A DNA stretch of 64,000 nt from Fimicolochytrium jonesii (Eukaryota). Positions 38,003 to 50,050 of this stretch are shown one piece after another. The position numbers and the translations under genes are program-made. The notes beneath the pieces are model-generated. The model worked only from the letters and a program-made list of their open reading frames with translations. It searched no databases and had not been told where the DNA came from. Position 1 is the stretch's first letter; every line of letters begins with the position of its first letter. The stretch is taken from NCBI RefSeq assembly GCF_025526975.1, contig NW_026515696.1:124001-188000 (forward strand). The letters run 5' to 3'.

Positions 38003-41000
38003 TGTAACGTCAGAGGAAACGTAGGCGATATTGGGCCCTTCTGAGAGGGCTGAGAGCAGTGTATTGTAGTGAAGAAAAAGTAAGAAGCTCTTCGCAGCGG
38101 CCGCTCGACTGACAGCTTTATATATGGGCTGCCAGTGGGGCTTGCGTGGCTTCAGTGAGGCTTGGCGCCTTTGTAATGTATCACCAAGAGCTTGGGTGGC
38201 CAGCCCAAGTCTCGGATCAAGTAGAAGTAAAGAGTTATAATATGAAATACAAGTGAAGATGAGATATCCCCGACACCTCCCTCAGATCCTGGGGAGGGCG
38301 CCGAATAAATAAGAGGTGAAGTACGAGGGATATGTGAAGAAAGCGAGAGCTCATGTCCATTTTAAAGTGTTGACGCACTTGTTCATTTTATAGTGTTGAC
38401 GCACCGTGTGATGTGTGTGTTTGAGGCAAAGGCATCCCTAAGCCGACGTCGTGTGTGATGTGTGTGTGTAAGGTCGGTTCTTGCATCGCTGCGCGTGATG
38501 TGATGTAGTTTACGTTGCTATTGTCAGCAGTGTGATTGATAGTGAGCGGTTCTTGCGGCGTCGCACGTGTGATGTGATATGAGATGCTCTATGCTGTTCG
38601 TCTCCGTATCCACAAAGATTGTGGGTGAGCTTTTCGCCATCGTTTGTAGGCAGGCGTGTAGCGAAGTGCGGATTCGGGTTCCCAAGTAGGGTCAGGATAA
38701 CCATGTCATTTGACTAGAAGATTTCGTACGGCGCGTCGCTCGTCGATAATGTCTTCTACAACCCATTCAGGTTGTCCGCGTTCTTCGATTGGTGGAGGAG
38801 GTCAAGGAAGTGCACGTTGCGGATATTGCTCTTCGCGATGTGGTCGTAAAATATCGACGTGAAAGACGGCCAGATGCCGCTGATCTTCGATGGTGATAAA
38901 TCGAGTTTGTAGGTATCAGGATGTGCTCCCAGTGCGAGTTCTTGTCCTTTGAGTGTTCAATTCCAACCCGGGAGGATTGGAGACCGTCCGAGCTCTACTT
39001 CGAAATGCGATAAACCTTCATATTCCTCCTTCGGAGCGGAATTGTATGCTAATTCAATTAAAGGCAATAGTTCCTTCCAATTGCTTTTGTCGTAGTTGAG
39101 ATATTGCTTCCAAATCCTTTTCAGGGTTTGGATGGCTCGCTCAACTTTGCCGTCGGTTTGCTGATGACAAACCGTAGCGAATTCGTGTTTTACACAGAGG
39201 AGAATATCGAATGCGAGGAAGAAGTCGGAAAGTGCGTGAGGTTTGCGATCCGTAATGAAGACTTTTGGCGTACCGACATGTTTCCAAACATGATCTAGAA
39301 AGACTTGGGCTAGTTCGCGTCCAGTAATTGTCTTCTTGATCGGTGTCAGAATCACACGTCTGGAAAGGTAATCAATGCAGACGACACAAGAGTTTGTTTC
39401 ATCTACTTCGAAAATGTCGAATCCGATCGTGTGCCATCTTCCAAAAGGTATAGGAAGAGGTCGAAGAAATACGTATCGACGATGACCAGGTTTGAATTGT
39501 CGACAGGACTTGCAAGTTCCAACGTATTTGATAACGCCAGAGCATACGTTAGGCCAGTAATAGTCTGTAAGAATTCTCGCGAGAGTCTTCTTAACACCGA
39601 GATGTCCTCCGGTGGCGAGTTCGTCATGGAATTTCCGTAAAATCTTTGGGCGAATGTCTTCAGGAACGTATAGACGTCCTTCATGTCGTACTAATCCATT
39701 TTCGAACGTATAACGGAGTTCTTTCGAAGTTTTCTCGTGTTGAGGCCTTTGAGAAATTTCATCGAGATAATCCGGAGATGGATCTTCGCGTAGCGCTTTT
39801 TTCCATTCTTCATCTGAGCAGGTAGGTGAGTTTTGTGGATCGTCTGTCGTAGCATTGGAGGAAGGTTCGTTGACAAGCATGTTGCTAATCTGCATATGCA
39901 TGTCGAGGCGTCGTTGACAATCTACACACCGAGGCGCATAGATTGGATTACGGTAGAGCATGTCGGCGATATGATTCCATCGTCCAGGTAAATACTGGAT
40001 GTCGAAATCATACTCTTGTAGCTTCTCCACCCAATTGGCTTGTCTTCTGCTCAAATGGGGTTGCGTTTGGATGAATTCGAGTCCCTTGTGATCGCTAGAA
40101 CATCGGAAATAACGACCGATGAGATATGTTCGATTGGCGACCAACATCTTGACAAAAGCTAATAACTCCTGTTCGTGCGTAGGATATCGAGTTTCTGCGT
40201 CCTTCATCTTTCTAGAAAAGAAGACCACAGGCCGGAGCCGAGGTAACTTCTTCCATTGTCCGACAAGAGTAGGCAGATTCGTAGGGATCGTTTCATCGCC
40301 AGAAGGTTGTCCAATCCAGGAAGCGATAGCGTAGCCTGATGAGTCGGTGTAGACGTAAATCGGCTTGGTTTCATCGATTGTTGCTAGCGTAGGCGCATTG
40401 ATTAACGCTTCTTTCAACTTTTGAAATGCCTCTTGTTGCTCAGGGCCCCATCGAAATTTGACTTTCGAAGATTGAATACTTGATAGGGGCAGAGCGATGT
40501 CCGAATAACCTTGTACAAAGTCGAGGAAATAGTTCGTGAACCCGAGCAAGCTTCAAACTCCTTTTGTTGACTTTGGATAGCCCAATCCTTGATAGCTTGG
40601 ATTTTCGAGGGCGCATTGTGAACACCATGTCTTCCGACAATATGTCCATACCATTCGAGTTCTTCTTTAGCCCATACGCACTTTGAAGGCTTGATGAAAA
40701 GGGCGTGTTCTTCAAGTTTCTTCAGGATACAATCGACGTGTTCCCAATGTTCGGCTAAAGTCTTTGAGAAAATGAAAATGTCGTCCAGGTAGGTAGCGAG
40801 GAATTCGTCGTAATCTTTATGGAAGATCTTATTCATAAGACGTTGAGATGCAGCAGGTGCATTGATAAGCCTGAACGGCATAACCAAATACTCGAAATGT
40901 CCAAAGCGAGTTCGTATTGCCGTTTTCTCTCGATCTTGTTTTCGTATAAGAAGACGGTGGTATGCTTCTCGAATATCGATAAGCGTAAACCATTTACAAC

Positions 41001-43193
41001 CTTGAATCCAATCCCTCATCTCACGAATGTCGGGTAAAGGAGTGCGATCTTTCTTGGTGACAGCGTTGAGACCTCGGTTATCCCAACAGATGCGTAATCC
41101 GCCATCTTTCTTTTTCGCAAAGATGACACTAGCTCCCCAGGGACTTGAGGAGTGTTGTATCCATCCTTTTTCGAGCATCAAGGTGATTTGTTTCTTGAGT
41201 TCAGCGAGTTCTTCTTTATTCATGTGCCGAAGAGGTTGCCAAACGAGTTCAGCACCTCCAGTGAGTTCGATCTTGAAATTATCTTCTCCACGAACAGGGG
41301 GTAGACCTTCCGGTTCCTTGAAGAGCGTATTGACGTATTTATTTAGGATATCCTTGAGATGTCCTGGATTTCCTTTAAGCTCTTGACAAGCGTCCGGTAT
41401 TTCGTTAAGAGCGAGGCGACAGACCGTGTCTTTTTCAAACTTGTTCCGTTGCCCAGCCTTATTGAATCGCTTGGAAGTCATTTCTATGACTTGAGGATTG
41501 CGAAGGGCATTGGCTTGAGCGAATCGAGATACATAATGAGGTGCAGCTTGTAAAGGACGAGTATCCACAGGTTTAATGATCCGTACAGGTCGAACGGGTC
41601 TTTTGTCATAGACCGGATCTTGTTGTACATCGAAGTAAGGGTTGTTGTGTTTCGCGATGTATTCGACGTCTTCCCAGTTTCTGGAAGTTCTTTCGCATTT
41701 GATGGTGACAGACTGCGGTGCGCTTGGTATAGGGCTGTAATTGGTCCAGCAAAGGATAGGTAAGGTACTCATCAAGAATTGTTCAGCGTAATTAAAGAAA
41801 CGCCAGAAAGGGATTCCAATAATAGTGTCGTAAGCCAGATTACTGACCAGCCAGGGAAGTTGTCCAACTAAGAAAAGCGACTGGGATTCGAGATCCCATA
41901 GATCTAACTTTTCCGAAACGACCGTGTCGAGAATCATGTATGATTCTTTGTCGGCCAGCCATATCTGCTTCGGTTCAATACGTTTCTTGGGAAATTTGTG
42001 CTTTTCGACAAATGTCTTCTCAAGGAATAACCCAGTTGCGCCGCTATCAAAGAGAACACAAGCAAACTTGTTTCCGATGCGACAATGAGAGTCCCAGAGT
42101 CCAGCAGACAGTGGTTCGAAGGCAGGTTTATTGGTAGGATCGTATGTTGTAGGCCGAGCAGAGCTACCAAGGGGCTCTATCGACCTTGGAAAAAACTCGA
42201 AGATTGATTTGTAGTAGTATTCCTAGTATTCGCAGAGTTGACGGCGTCATCGAGAATCTCCGTAATGCGTGACCCAGCATCAACCTGATTGGCTGAACCT
42301 TGTTGTTGATTAGGTTGGCACGACCGCGCTGTCGAAAACCACCGCGTCGGTTCTGAGTTTGCGAGCCTTGCTGTCGATTTTCGGGATTTGACCAGCATTC
42401 AACTCTCCAATGTCCCATTTTATTACACAGGGGACAAGGAGTCGTTGGACGTTGACGAGGAACGTGAGTAGTTTGCCATTGTCCACGTTGACGAAAGGGC
42501 TGTTGACGTTGGTATTGAACTTGACCTGTAGTGAGACGCCTCACTCCAGGGGGATAGTATGACGTACCGAGGGCATTGTGCCCAAAGGTCATATCATCTA
42601 TGTCTTGCTCGAATTCCGTAAGCCAAGGATTGGTGTAAGGGGCAAATCGTCCGCCACGACCACCGCCACGACTCCCTTGACCGCGGCTGGCTCCACGGCC
42701 GCCACGAGCACTTGTTGTCGAGGCAATCAGATGAGGTGTATTGGCTTGGTTGCCGTCAGTAAACCCATGAGCCACATGACCACGACGGGCTGCAGTGATA
42801 GCTTGATCGAGAGTGATAGGGGTATTGATGTTGGTAGTGCTCGAGACTTCGAAGTTCGTAACAGCTTCAGCAAGATAATGACCGATTACTGTATTCTTGA
42901 GAAGACCGGCCTTGAAGTATCGAATCTGATCGATAAGGGGAATGGTGCCTTGAGTGTTATTGAGACAATGAGCGGCTTTGAGCTCATTATTGGTGTCTTG
43001 AAACTCCTTGATATATTTTTCGAGAGAGTCACCGAGCTTGAGGCCGGAGAGCTTGAGCTCGATTGTATTACGCAAATTGCAAGGATAAAAGTGAGGGACA
43101 AGAGCCGTTTGAAAAGCTGTCCAACTTGCGGGAGCGCCGGCGGCGTAAGTCGTATTGTACCACTCGAGAGCAGTACCCTTGAGGTAGGTATTG
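38003..43193 (-). mobile_element. Defective chromoviral Ty3/Gypsy retrotransposon (family A): partial gag, PR, RT, RNase H, IN, chromodomain, PPT, 3' LTR (38003-38275)
   Basis: gag YLKGTALEWY and knuckle CPLCNKMGHWRVEC; protease LFDSGA; RT YLDD; RNase H VYTDSSGYAI; IN GHLGVKKT..YYWP..CKSC..QTDGKVER; frameshifts; ~250-bp deletion late in IN; 5' gag and PBS missing. Confidence 0.95.
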
Positions 43194-43453
43194 TGTAACG
43201 TCAGAGGAAACGTAGACGATATTGGGCCCTTCCGAGAGGGCTGAGTGCAGTGTATTGTAGTGAAGAAAAAAGTAAGAAGCTCTTCGCAGCGGCCGCTCGA
43301 CTGACAGCTTTTTATATGGGCTGCCAGTGGGGCTTGCGTGGCTTCAGTGAGGCTTGGCGTCTTATGCAATGAATCACCGAGAGCCCGGGTGGCCAGCCCG
43401 GGTCTCGGGTCAAGTAGAAGTAAAGAGATATAATATGAAATACAAGTTCGACA
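43194..43453 (-). mobile_element. Family A LTR in reverse orientation, abutting truncated gag on the left and IN sequence on the right
   Basis: Matches 38003-38275 with a ~15-bp deletion near its right end. Confidence 0.9.
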
Positions 43454-45309
43454 TCTCGGTGTTAAGAAGACTCTTGCGAGAATTCTTACGGACTTTTTCT
43501 GGCCTACCGTACGCTCCGACGTCATCAAATACGTTGGAACTTGCAAATCCTGTCGACAATTAAAACCTGGTCATCATCGATACCGATTTCTTTGACCTCT
43601 TCCTATACCTTTTGGAAGATGGCACACAATCGGATTCGACATTTTCGAAGTAGATGAAACAAACTCTTGTCTCGTCTGCATTGATTACCTTTCCGGACGT
43701 GTGATTCTGACACCGATCAAGAAGACAATTACTGGACGCGAACTAGATCAAGTCTCTCTAGATCATGTTTGGAAACATGCCGATACGCCAAAAGTCTTCG
43801 TTACGGATCGGCAACCTCGCGCACTTTCCAACTTCTTCCTCGCATTCGATATTCTCCTCGGCATAAAACACAAATTCGCTACGGCTTGTCATCAGCAAAC
43901 TGACGGCAAAGTTGAGCGAGCCATCCAAACCCTGAAAAGGATTTGGAAGCAATACCTCAACTACGACAAAAGCAATTGGAAGAAACTATTGCCTTTAATT
44001 GAACTTGCATACAACACTGCTCGGAGGGAGGAATACGAGGATCTATCGCCATTCGAAGTAGATCTCGGACGCTCGCCAATCCTCTCGGGTTGGAATCCAA
44101 CACCCGAAGGACAAGAACTCAAACTTCGAGCTGTAGATCGAAACGAAATCGCACTCTTCAAGAAAGGGCAAGAAGACATCGCCCGTATCGTACGCGAAAA
44201 CCTTCAGAGATCGCAAGATCAATTTGCACGTCAACACGACAAAGGTCGAACGCCAATTGCATACCAATTGGCGACCTCGTCGATCTGAATTGACAAGGAA
44301 TCAACCTAGAGGTAGACGCTTGACAAGGACTTTGATACTCAGCTACGTGGATCGGACCATTCAAAATTATCGCACTGGGAGCACATCCTGATACCTACAA
44401 ACTCGATTTATCACCATCAAAGATCAGCGGCATCCAGCCCGTCTTTCATGTTGATATTTTACGACCACATCGCGAAGAGCAATATCCGCAACGTGCGGTT
44501 CCACAACCTCGTCCACCAATCGAAGAACGCGGACAACCTGATTGGGTTGTAGAAGATATCGTCGACGAGCGACGCGCCGTACGAAATCTTCTAGTCAAAT
44601 GGCTCGGTTATCCTGACCCTACTTGGGAACCCGAATCCGCACTTTGCTACATGCCTGCTTACAAACGACGAGGAAAAGCTCATCCACAATCTTTGTGGAT
44701 ACGGAGACGAACAGCATAGAGCATCTCATATCACATCACACGCGCGATGCCGCAAGAACCGCTCACTATCAATCACACCGCTGACAATAGCGACGTAAAC
44801 TACATCACATCACGCGCGGCAACGCAAGAACCGACCTTACACACACACATCACACACGACGTCCGCTCAGGGACGCCTTTGCCTCAAACACACACACATC
44901 ACACAGTGCGTCAAAACTATAAAATGAACAAGTGCGTCAACACTTTAAAATGAACATGAGCTCTCCCTTTTTTCACATATCCCTCGTAGTTCACCTCTTA
45001 TTTATTCGGCGCCCTCCTCAGGATCTGAGGGAGGTGTCGGGGATATCTCATCTTCACTTGTATTTCATATTATATCTCTTTACTTCTACTTGATCCGAGA
45101 CCCGGGCTGGCCACCCGAGCTCTCGGTGATTCATTACATAAGACGCCAAGCCTCACTGAAGCCACGCAAGCCCCACAGGCAGCCCATATATAAAGCTGTC
45201 AGTCGAGCGGCCGCTGCAAAGAGCTTCTTACTTTTTTCTTCACCACAGTACACTGCTCTCAGCCCTCTCAGAAGGGCCCAATATCGTCTACAATTCCTCT
45301 GACGTTACA
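43450..45309 (+). mobile_element. 3' part of family A Ty3: integrase, GPF module, chromodomain, 3' UTR, PPT and LTR (45035-45309)
   Basis: QQTDGKVERAIQTLK; WIGPFKI..PVFHV; chromodomain WVVEDIVDER..LVKWLGYPDPTWEPE (~44543-44640); PPT GAGGGAGG then TGTCGGGG...CGTTACA. Confidence 0.93.
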
Positions 45310-46105
45310 CCGGCTCCGCCTCCACCGGGCGGACGCCCTGGACCACCTCCCCCTCCGTTTCCGTCATCGTCACTACTCTAATCCGACGAAGAATCATCCG
45401 TTTGCTTCTTCAAGTAGACGAGTCGTTTCATCAGCTTATCCCTTTCTTTTCGCTCAGACCCGTCAGTGCGACGCTTTGCCTCCTTCATCTTTTCCTTCGT
45501 AATGCCACCTTTCCCCTTATATCTCGAATCCGACACTGCCTTGCACCCAAGGTAGTCCGCCTCCTCCATTAACGCCTCAAACCACCCCTTCTTCTTCTTC
45601 GCCTTCTGGAGTTTCGCGTGGGTGAACGCCAGATGTTTTGCGAGATTCTCGTAGTGATCTTTCCGATATTGAATCATTGCTACCTCAGTTGCCAGTCAAA
45701 GAGCTTCTCTCACAAGGTATGTCGACATCGAGGAGTCACTTGCAGCCGCTGCGGAGGATGCGCGCGTCGAGCGCGTAGTCGGTCTAGAGGGTCCCGGCGG
45801 GGTACAGCTGGAGCAGCTTTCGGAGTCACCGTCTGTTTGCCATCTTTTCGCGTATCGATTGGTTGTGTGGGATACTGAGGTTGAGTATGGGAACGTTGGT
45901 CTTACCTCTCTGGGGCAACTGACAGCTGTCTCTTGTTTTATACTTGCGGCGTTTCCCTCTTCTTCTTTCTTTCTCTTTCATTCTCTTTCATTTCATTCAT
46001 AGCTATTCACCCGACGTCCGCCCGCTCTTCGCGTACGGCCGCAACCATTGTACTCATTGTTTGATTTATCTTTCACTTAGATAGACTCGTGAGTTTGAGT
46101 GGGGG

Positions 46106-46360
46106 TGTTGGAGGTATCATCCTCCCGAGTCCCCGGTTAGGGTTCCCGTAGTTTATTTCCCCACGTGACTTCCCTCCTGCTCACGCCACGCTTCCGCGTA
46201 TGGGACTTCACTCTTTTCTCCCCTTCGGACCTCGCCTCCTCTTTCTACTCCAGACAAGTTCCTAGACTTCTCTGTATAACTTTATATACAACAAGAGCTT
46301 TGTCTCACCATTACATAGAGTTTGCTCAGTCATCTGCTTCCTCTGCCGACTACTCCTAAG
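46106..46360 (+). mobile_element. LTR of a second family (B), preceded by a purine-rich tract
   Basis: TGTTGGAGGTATCATCCTCCCGAG start after GAGTGGGGG; homologous to 62003-62249. Confidence 0.8.
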
Positions 46361-46849
46361 TCTCAGAGCCCAGAAATCCGCCAAGTCGAAAATAAGAACG
46401 ATGCCACATGACCAGGGAACTTTTTCCTAGGGAAATGTTGTCAAAATCCTCCATGATTGAAACTTGGCCGAAAAATGTTGAAGTCTCGTGCACCGTCATC
46501 AAAATGTTCATCTCTCATGGCCAAATGTTGACTTCTCGTGCGCATGATCAAAATGTTTGCATGTTGTGAGACAAAAAACGAAAGAGTTCACCTCCCATGT
46601 ATTTTTGGCAGAAGCGGTGGCCCATATGCTGCTCACTTTTATTGATAAACACATCCTCGTGGAACTAAAGAGGTCACTCAACACTGGTTTGTGTATAATG
46701 TAGTGTTTTCACGAGGGGACGCAGTCCGTTTCGTGAACAAGGACACCGTCCCGCTTCCTACCCATCACTATAGTCTCGCTTGACTAGCACGGTGGCGTGC
46801 TCCGAAAAAAAATAGGGTCAAATTGTGGCATCCTTCCTTTCTCCTTACA

Positions 46850-47770
46850 ATGGCTGCAGTTGATCCTCGTCTTCAAATAGAAATTGGTGGAAATCCATCT
46901 GCTGTTGACATACGGGCACTTCTTATTCCAACAGTCCCAGTTATCGCTCCACGGCACTATTTAAAATAAGATGGCAAGTAAAGGTAAGACGCAAATGAAC
47001 TATTTCTTTCCTAATTTCATATGAACAACTTGCAAGTAGCAGGGGTACCCGGCAACTTCTTGATTCTTGAAGATAAAGCCAATTCAGTACATAGAGCTAA
47101 CTGGGTTCAGCGACACGTTCGACTTCAAGACCAGCATTCCGATAGGTCACCGTTGGTTGGAGGATTGTGTTATCGGACGTTTTGACAATGTGGGGAAGTG
47201 TTGGGGTATACAGATAGCGTTGGACTTCCTGGAACGAAGAGGGACTCCAACTATTCAGGTCAACAAGAAAGGAACGGTCATTGGCTTTGTCTGGAACGCA
47301 ACGAAGGACAAGGACATCGTAAAGGAGCCAATCCCCAACGAGATTCACAGGGATGATGCACGTTTAGTGCGGGTTGAGATGTATAGTAAAATTAGCGATC
47401 CCGATACTGTTTACATTGGTGAACTTCATGTAAACCGCCGTTTGTTCAAAATGTAAATGCGCTGAAACCAGCTGCTGGAACCATCACATGATGTATTGTC
47501 CTGCATGTTTCCGCTATGCTATTCATAGTCTAGTTACATGCCCAGAGTGAGGCGCTGGACGGCACAGTGCCGACATCAACAACATATCGTCTTTGGACGA
47601 ATGCGGAGACGGAATCTCTCTTCGCCTTGTACGCTTACGTGGACTCTGGACAGAGTGAAGTTGGAGAATGCACGTTTTTTATTTCAAGACTTGAAACAAA
47701 GAACGTACAATCGAATGCCCAACCGAACATCAGAGCGTGTAAGACTGTCCAGCAATTTGAAATATAGGGA
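46850..47770 (+). pseudogene. Decayed gene with Cys/His knuckle-like and Myb/SANT-like pieces, probably TE-derived
   Basis: In-frame TAA/TGA stops; CSKC..CPACFRYAIHSLVTCP at ~47443-47550; WTNAETESLFALY..NRTSERV..NLKY spread over shifted frames. Confidence 0.4.
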
Positions 47771-49640
47771 CGAGAGGTTCATCCCACTGCGGCGGACCGT
47801 TTCCAAGCCGGCGACGCTCGAAGCTGGTGTGCTTCGTTCCGTTAAAGATGGACTGAGCATCGTCCGTATCGTTCGAGCGTCCTCGGAAAGAACCGAAAGG
47901 AGCAGGAGCAGGAGCAGGAGCCGCAGAAGGAACTCGACAGCATCAGCATCGTCGCGTTCAAGGAGCCGGACTCGAAGCCACAGGGACGATGAGGAAGATG
48001 TGGCGGTGGAGCTTATGGGAAAGTCGTCGGATGGCACACTGCTGGGGCTGGCCGTCGGAGGCGAAAAGGTCGTAGTGGACATGTCGGACGGCACCATCGA
48101 AACTGGTACACATACGATGTACTTGCAGAGCATCGAAGAGACGGCGGATCGCACGCTGTCCATTGACGCGATAGCGGCCGAGAAATCTCCGGACAAACAA
48201 GTCAAGAAGGTAAAGGGACCGGGATTCTTCTCAAGGCACGGGAAAACATGCTCATTTCCATCGTTGTCGCTGTGATCATCGCTCTTCTCGGTAGGAACGC
48301 TCCCGGAAAGCCGTGTGTCGTCAACTTCGCCGAAGGGTTCCCTGTCGCGAACGGAACGATGGTCGCTGTGCCGGATATCGCGATCCCAAGTCGGCCTCTC
48401 GCCGTCGGTCTGAGCGGCCTGCAACTAGCGAATCTGTGCTTGGTCGGGGCAGAACCGCCGCCGGCCGGCCTCCACCACGACGGTAATGGCCACGACGACA
48501 GCTACAGCCACAGCGACCACGACGTTGCCACCAACCACGACAACCGTGACGGCGACAGCGACGGCGACAGTAGAAGCGACGGTCACCCGCTATGTCACTG
48601 AGCATAGGACCCGACAGGACTCCGTCGCCGAGAAACTGATGCAGGTATTCACCAGGGGGACAGGAAGGCGGCCGCGGAAAATGTGGAGAAGCTGGCGCAG
48701 ACTGTGCGAGCTCTGGACGCGGCCCGCGCCAATATCACGGACGTGAACGCTCAGCTCGCGGCCGTCAAAACGACCTCATCGGAAGAGGTTCGCCTCGTGG
48801 AGATGGAGCGGCAGAAAGTCTCTCAAGAGGTCGAAAGACTCACCACCATCGTCGTACCCGAGCTTTCCGGCTCGGTGCGGAACCTGACCCTTGAGAACGA
48901 GGCAATGAAGTCCGCCATCCGGAAACTCGGAACCGAACTGAAACACACTGAGAAAAAGGTGCAGAAGGCAGAGAACTCCTTAACGAATTTGGAAGCTAAA
49001 CATGCTGCGAGCCGAGAGGAAAGCGATCACCGCACGATGGTGGCAGCCTCGACGATCGAGGAGTATCGCCAGCGCACCGAGGCCGTCCTCACGTTATACG
49101 GGTTCGCCACGAATTTGACACTAGGCTTGCCGAAGCCGGCATCACGTTGCCCGCTGGGCTGGGCGACACGAAGGATCTTTCAGAATTGGTGCAGAAGGTT
49201 CAAGCCCTGGAAGGAACCGCGTCGACGAACGCGGCCAAGATGGAAGTGCTTCTCTTTGACAGCATTGCCTTTCACGAGGGACAAGATAAGATGTTGAGGG
49301 ATCCCATGACCGGCAACAGGACGTACACCGTGGCGAAACGATGGGAACTCATCCGCCACCATAAAGGCGAGATCAGTCGCATCCGGGAGGCCCTCATGTT
49401 GGTCAAGAAGGAGCGAAAGCGGCAGAAAGCAGAGCTCTCCGCGGCTTGGGTTTCCGCGACCTCTATTCCACGTTGCAAAGCCGATTCGTAGCTCTGAGAG
49501 CCTCTCAACGGACCCTCACCGAAATTATCGCGCCCACGATCGTCGCCGAACGGAAACCGGACGGAACGTACGCCGTCGTGGACGATGCCGGAGCGCTTCT
49601 CATGCACCCGGCTGGAAACCGGTTCTGGACGATCTGCGTA
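47770..49640 (+). pseudogene. Frameshifted intronless gene for a type II membrane protein: SR-rich N-terminus, one TM, Thr-rich stretch, long coiled coil
   Basis: Consecutive overlapping ORFs 47538..48275, 48248..48601, 48486..48746, 48683..49297 and 49147..49491 read as one protein across apparent frameshifts. Confidence 0.55.
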
Positions 49641-49739
49641 ACGGTCTCGAAGCTCAGCTCAACGGTAAAGCTGGCAGAGCCGAGTAGTAACATAGAAACC
49701 CCACTTAAGGAGGAAGCAGCACTACATGCCTCCACCATT

Positions 49740-50050
49740 GGGCCATCTTTGACGCTTGCACCCCCCGACCAGTCCTTGCAGTACCTTTCCTTCGAGGCCC
49801 TGTTAGCTGCTGTCCAAGCGCATGCCACTAAGGAAGGATATGCTCTGACAGTGCGTAGATCAGCTCACCAGCGTCAACAACAGTGGCTTCAGTGTGATGG
49901 GGGGGGACTTCCGGATGAGCGCTATCAACCCACAGGGAAATGAGCCTCGGCGTCAGGGAAAACTGGTTGCCCCTTTGAGATGTACGCACGTTTCTTGAAG
50001 AGAACAGGGACCTGGTGCTTGAGCGTTGATTTGGAGAAATGTCCAGGTCC
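49740..50050 (+). mobile_element. MULE/Mutator transposase remnant (FAR1-like DNA-binding domain)
   Basis: SFEALLAAVQAHATKEGYALTVRRS..LQCDGGG..(stop)..SGKTGCPFEMYA..TWCLSV. Confidence 0.75.

Noticed and set aside
38003..43453. A complete LTR-to-LTR element
   Set aside because: The right LTR joins directly into mid-gag with no PBS or gag start, the flanks share no TSD, and it resembles the 45035 LTR more than the 38003 LTR
42164..43546. 460-aa ORF as a real protein
   Set aside because: Chance read-through from antisense IN and LTR sequence into truncated gag
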